Positions 47,206 to 51,720 of a stretch of 51,720 nt of DNA are shown in pieces. The stretch spans positions 13,883,753 through 13,935,472 of the forward strand of contig NC_057719.1 in NCBI RefSeq assembly GCF_004010195.1. The letters are read 5' to 3'. The notes under the pieces are model-generated. The model was not told the DNA's origin. It worked only from the letters and a program-made list of their open reading frames with translations, and searched no databases. Source of the stretch: Chiloscyllium plagiosum (taxonomy: Eukaryota). The position numbers and the translations under genes are program-made. Numbering within the stretch: the first letter of the stretch is position 1; each line of letters begins with the position of its first letter.

Positions 47206-50200
47206 GAGTTTGCATGTTCTCCCCATCTCTGTGTGCGGTTTGCATGTTCTCCCCGTGTCTGTGTGGATTTTGCATGTTCCCCCTGCGTCTGCGTGGAGTT
47301 TGCATGTTCTCCCTATGTCATTGTGGAGTTCGAATGTTCTGCCTGTATCTGTGAGAAGTTTACATGTTCGCCCTGTGCCATGTGCAATTTGCATGTTCTC
47401 CTGTGTCTGCGTGCAGTTTGCATCTTCTCCCCATGTCAGTGTGGACTTTGCATGTTCTCCCCATGTATGTGTGGAGTTTGCATGTTTTCCCCATGTCTGT
47501 ATGGAGTTTGCATGTTCTCCCCATGCCTGTGTGTAGTTTGCATGTTCTCCCTGCGTCTGTGTGGAGTTTGCATGTTCTCCCCATGTCTGTTTGGAATTTG
47601 CATGCTCTCCCTGTGCCAGGGTACAGTTTGCATGTTCTCCCTCTGTCAGTGTGCAGATTCCATATTCTCCCTGTATGAGTGTGGAGTTTACATGTTCTCC
47701 GTGTATCAGTGTGGAGTTTACATGTTTGCCCTGTATCAGTATGTAGTTTGCATGTTCTACCAGTGTGAGTGTGCAGTTGGCATGTGCTCCCCATGTCAGT
47801 GTGGAGTTTGCATGTTCTACCTGTGTCTGTGTGCAGTTTGCATGTTCTCCCTGTGTCAGTGTGGAGTTTGCATGTTCTCCCCATGTCAGTGTGCAGATTG
47901 CATATTCTCCCTGTATCAGTGTGGAGTTTGCATGTTAACCCTGTGCCAGTGTAGAGTGTGCATGTTCTTCCTGTGTCTGTGTGGAGTTTCCATGTTTTCC
48001 CGGTGTCCGTGTGGAGTTTGTATGTTCTCCCTGTGTCTGTGTGTAGTTTGCATGTTCTCCCCACGTCATTGTGCAGTTTGCATGTTCTCCCTGTGTCAAT
48101 GTAGAGTTTGCATGTTCTCCCAGTGTCAGTGTACAGTTTGCATGTTCTCCCCGTGTCTGTGTGGAGCTTGCATGTTCTCCCCATGTCAATGTGTAGTTTG
48201 CATGTTCTCCCCGTGTCTGTGTGCAATTTGCATGTTCTCCCTGTGTTAGTGCAGAGTTTGCATGTTCTCCCTGTGTCTGTGTGCTGTTTGCATGTTCTCC
48301 CCGTGTCTGTGTGGAGTTTACATGTTCCCCCTGCGTCTGCGTGGAGTTTGCATGTTCTTCCCGTGTCAGTGTGGGGTTCGCATGTTCTCCCTGTATCTGT
48401 GAGAAGTTTACATGATCTCCCTGTGCCATGTGCAATTTGCATGTTCTCCTGTGTCTGTGTGCAGTTTGCATGTTCTCCTTATGTCAGTGTGGAGTTTGCA
48501 TGTTCTCCCTGTGTCAGTGTGGAGTTTGCATGTTTTCCCCATGTCTGTGTGGAGTTTGTATGTTCTCCCCATGTCTGTGTGGAGTTTGCATGTTCTCCCC
48601 ATGTCTGTGTGAAGTTTGCATGTTCGCCCTGTGTCAATGTGGTTTTTGCATGTTCTCCCCATGTCTGTGTGGAGTTTGAATGTTCCCCCTGTGTCTGCAA
48701 GAAGTTTGCCTGTTCTCCCCATGACTGTGTTGTATTTGCATATTCTCCCCATGGCTGTGTGTTGTTTGTATGTTCTTCCTGTGTCAGTGTGGAATTTGAA
48801 TGTTCTCCCCATGTCTGTGTGGAGTTTGCATGTTCTCCTCATGTCTGTGTGGAGTTTGCAGGTTCTCCCTGCGTCTGTGTGGAGTTTGCATGTTCTCCCC
48901 ATGTCTGTGTGGAGTTTGCATGCTCTCCCTGTGCCAGGGTGCAGTTTGCATGTTCTCACTGTGTCAGTGTGCAGATTGCATATCTCCCTGTATGAGTCTG
49001 GAGTTTACACGTTTGCCCTGTATCAGTATGTAGTTTGCATGTTCTACCAGTGTGAGTGTGCAGCTTGCATGTTCTCCCCATGTCTGTGTGGAGTTTACAT
49101 GTCCTCCCTGTGTCTGTGTACAGTTTGCATGTTCACCCTGTGTCAGTGTGGAGTTCACATATTCTCCCTGTATCTGTGAGAAGTTTACATGTTCTCCCTG
49201 TGCAATTTGCAAGTTCTCCTGTGTCTGTGTGCAGTTTGCATCTTCTCGCCATTTCAGTGTGGAATTTGCATATTCTCACTGTGTTAGTGTGCAGTTTGCA
49301 TGTTCCCCTTATGTCAGTGTGGAGTTTGCATGTTCTCCCTGTGTCAGTGTGGGGTTTGCAGGTTCTCCCTGCGTCTGTGTGGAATTTGCATGTTTTCCCC
49401 ATGTCTGTGTGGCGTTTGCATGCTCTCCCTGTGCCAGGGTACAGTTTGCATGTTCTCCCTGTGTCAGTATGCAGATTGCATATTCTCCCTGTATGGGTGT
49501 GGAGTTTACATGTTCTCCGTGTATCAGTGTGGAGTTTACATGTTTGCCCTGTATCAGTATGTATTTTGCATGTTCTACCAGTGTCAGTGTGCGGTTTGCA
49601 TGTTCTCCCCATGTACGTGTGGAGTTTGCATGTCCTCCCTATGTATGTGTGCAGTTTGCATGTTCTCCCTGTGTCAGTGTAGAGTTTGCATGTTCTCCCT
49701 GTGTCTGTGTGCGGTTTGCATGTTCCCCCGTGTCTGTGTGGAGTTTGCATGTTCCCCCTGCGTCTGCTTGGAGTTTGCATGTTCTCCATGTATCAGTGTG
49801 GAGTTCGCATGTTCTCCCAGCATCTGTGAGAAGTTTACATGTTCTCCCTGTGACATGTGCAATTTGCATGTTCTCCTGTGTCTGTGTGCAGTTTGCATGT
49901 TCTCCTTATGTCAGTGTGGAGTTTGCATGTTCTCCCTGTGTCAGCGTGGAGTTTGCATGTTTTCCCCATGTCTGTGTGGAGTTTGCATGTTCTCCCCATG
50001 CCTGTGTGTAGTTTTCCTGTTCTCCCTGTGTCAGTGTGGAGTTTGCATGTTCTACCAGTGTCAGTGTGCGGTTTGCATGTTCTCCCCATGTCCGTTTGGA
50101 GTTTGCATGTCCTCCCTGTGTCTGTGTGCAGTTTGCATGTTCTCGCTGTGTCAGTGTGGAGTTTGCATGTTCTTCCCCATGTCAGTGTGCAGTTTGCATA

Positions 50201-51720
50201 TTCTCCCTGTATCAGTGTGGAGTTTGCATGTTCACTCTGTGCCAGTATAGAGTGTGCATGTTCTTCCCGTGTCTGTGTGGAGTTTGCATGTTTTCCCGGT
50301 GTCCGTGTGCAGTTTGTATGTTCTCCCTGTGTCTGTGTGTAGTTTGCATGTTCTCCCCATGTCATTGAGCAGTTTGCATGTTCTCCCTGTGACAATGTAG
50401 AGTTTGCATGTTCTCCCAGTATCAGTGTACAGTTTGCATGTTTTCCCCGTGTCTGTGTGGAGTTTGCATGTTCTCCCCATGTCAATGCATAGTTTGCATG
50501 TTCTCCTCGTGTCTGTGTTCAGTTTGCATGTTCTCCCTGTGTTAGTGTAGAGTTTGTATGTTCTCCCTGTGTCTGTGTGGAGTTTGCATGTTTTCCCAGT
50601 GTCAGTGTGGAGTTCACATGTTCTTCCTGTATCTGTGAGAAGTTTACATGTTCTCCCTGTGCCATGTGCAATTTGCATGTTCTCCTGTGTTTGTGTGCAG
50701 TTTGCATGTTCTCCTTATGTCAGTGTGGAGTGTGCATGTTCTCCATGTGTCAGTGTGGAGTTTGCATGTTTTCCCCATGTCTGCGAGGAGTTTGCTTGTT
50801 CTCCCTGTGTCAGTGTGGAGTTTGCAGGTTCTCCCTGCGTCTGTGTGGAGTTTGCATGTTCTCCCCATGTCTGTGTGGAGTTTGCATGCTCTCCCTGTGC
50901 CAGGGTGCAGTTTGCATGTTCTCACTGTGTCAGTGTGCAGATTGCATATCTCCCTGTATGAGTCTGGAGTTTACACGTTTGCCCTGTATCAGTATGTAGT
51001 TTGCATGTTCTACCAGTGTGAGTGTGCAGTTTGCATGTTCTCCCCATGTCTGTGTGGAGTTTGCATGTCCTCCCTGTGTCTGTGTACAGTTTGCATGTTC
51101 ACCCTGTGTCAGTGTGGAGTTCACATATTCTCCCTGTATCTGTGAGAAGTTTACATGTTCTCCCTGTGCCATGTGCAATTTGCATGTTCTCCTGTGTCTG
51201 TGTGCAATTTGCATCTTCTCGCCATTTCAGTGTGGAATTTGCATATTCTCACTGTGTTAGTGTGCAGTTTGCATGTTCTCCTTATGTCAGTGTGGAGTTT
51301 GCATGTTCTCCCTGTGTCAGTGTGGAGTTTGCAGGTTCTCCCTGCGTCTGTGTGGAGTTTGCATGTTTTCCCCATGTCTGTGTGGAGTTTGCATGCTCTC
51401 CCTGTGCCAGGGTACAGTTTGCATGTTCTCCCTGTGTCAGTGTGCAGATTGCATATTCTCCCTGTATGGGTGTGGAGTTTACATGTTCTCCGTGTATCAG
51501 TGTGGTGTTTACATGTTTGCCCTGTATCAGTATGTATTTTGCATGTTCTACCAGTGTCAGTGTGCGGTTTGCATGTTCTCCCCATGTCCGTGTGGAGTTT
51601 GCATGTCCTCCCTATGTATGTGTGCAGTTTGCATGTTCTCCCTGTGTCAGTGTGGAGTTTGCATGTACTCCCCATGTCAGTGTGCAGTTTGCATATTCTC
51701 CCTGTATCAGTGTGGAGTTT
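47206..51720. repeat. 30-bp SINE-derived satellite TGTC(T/A)GTGTGGAGTTTGCATGTTCTCCC(C/T)N, about 150 units, open at both ends
   Basis: 30-bp period; monomer at 48572-48601 is identical to SINE segment 34424-34453. Confidence 0.97.

Noticed and set aside
47206..51720. Long Cys-rich and TGRTCKLHTD-repeat ORFs (up to 360 aa) resembling keratin-associated or zinc-finger proteins
   Set aside because: They arise because the 30-bp unit is a multiple of 3. ORFs are open in several frames on both strands, frameshift at variant monomers, and the same peptides appear in ordinary SINE copies.

Overview
Repeat-dominated eukaryotic DNA, intergenic or intronic. It is most likely from a shark or other elasmobranch, inferred from HE1-type tRNA-derived SINEs that share a 3' tail with CR1/HER1-type LINEs. 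No host protein-coding gene could be supported; the long ORFs are LINE/Penelope remnants or artefacts of tandem repeats. The window holds about 13 HE1-like SINEs, many CR1 fragments, a Rex1/Babar fragment, a solo LTR and two assembly gaps. Four observations stand out. (1) At least four sequence families of short Penelope-like (PLE) elements, mostly inverted-repeat (fold-back) structures with 10-17 bp TSDs, each carry a minimal hammerhead ribozyme core. One copy retains a GIY-YIG endonuclease remnant. (2) A >4.5 kb 30-bp satellite has a monomer identical to an internal segment of the HE1 SINE, bounded there by an 11-bp direct repeat, and shows higher-order structure. It lies across a gap from a 25-bp hairpin minisatellite. 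(3) A composite VNTR-containing retroposon has a Rex1/Babar-like tail, and an inverted, deleted copy of part of it is fused to a nearby SINE. (4) A nested PLE insertion junction is mirrored in the opposite arm of its host hairpin. All calls were made by eye without database searches, and element boundaries are approximate.
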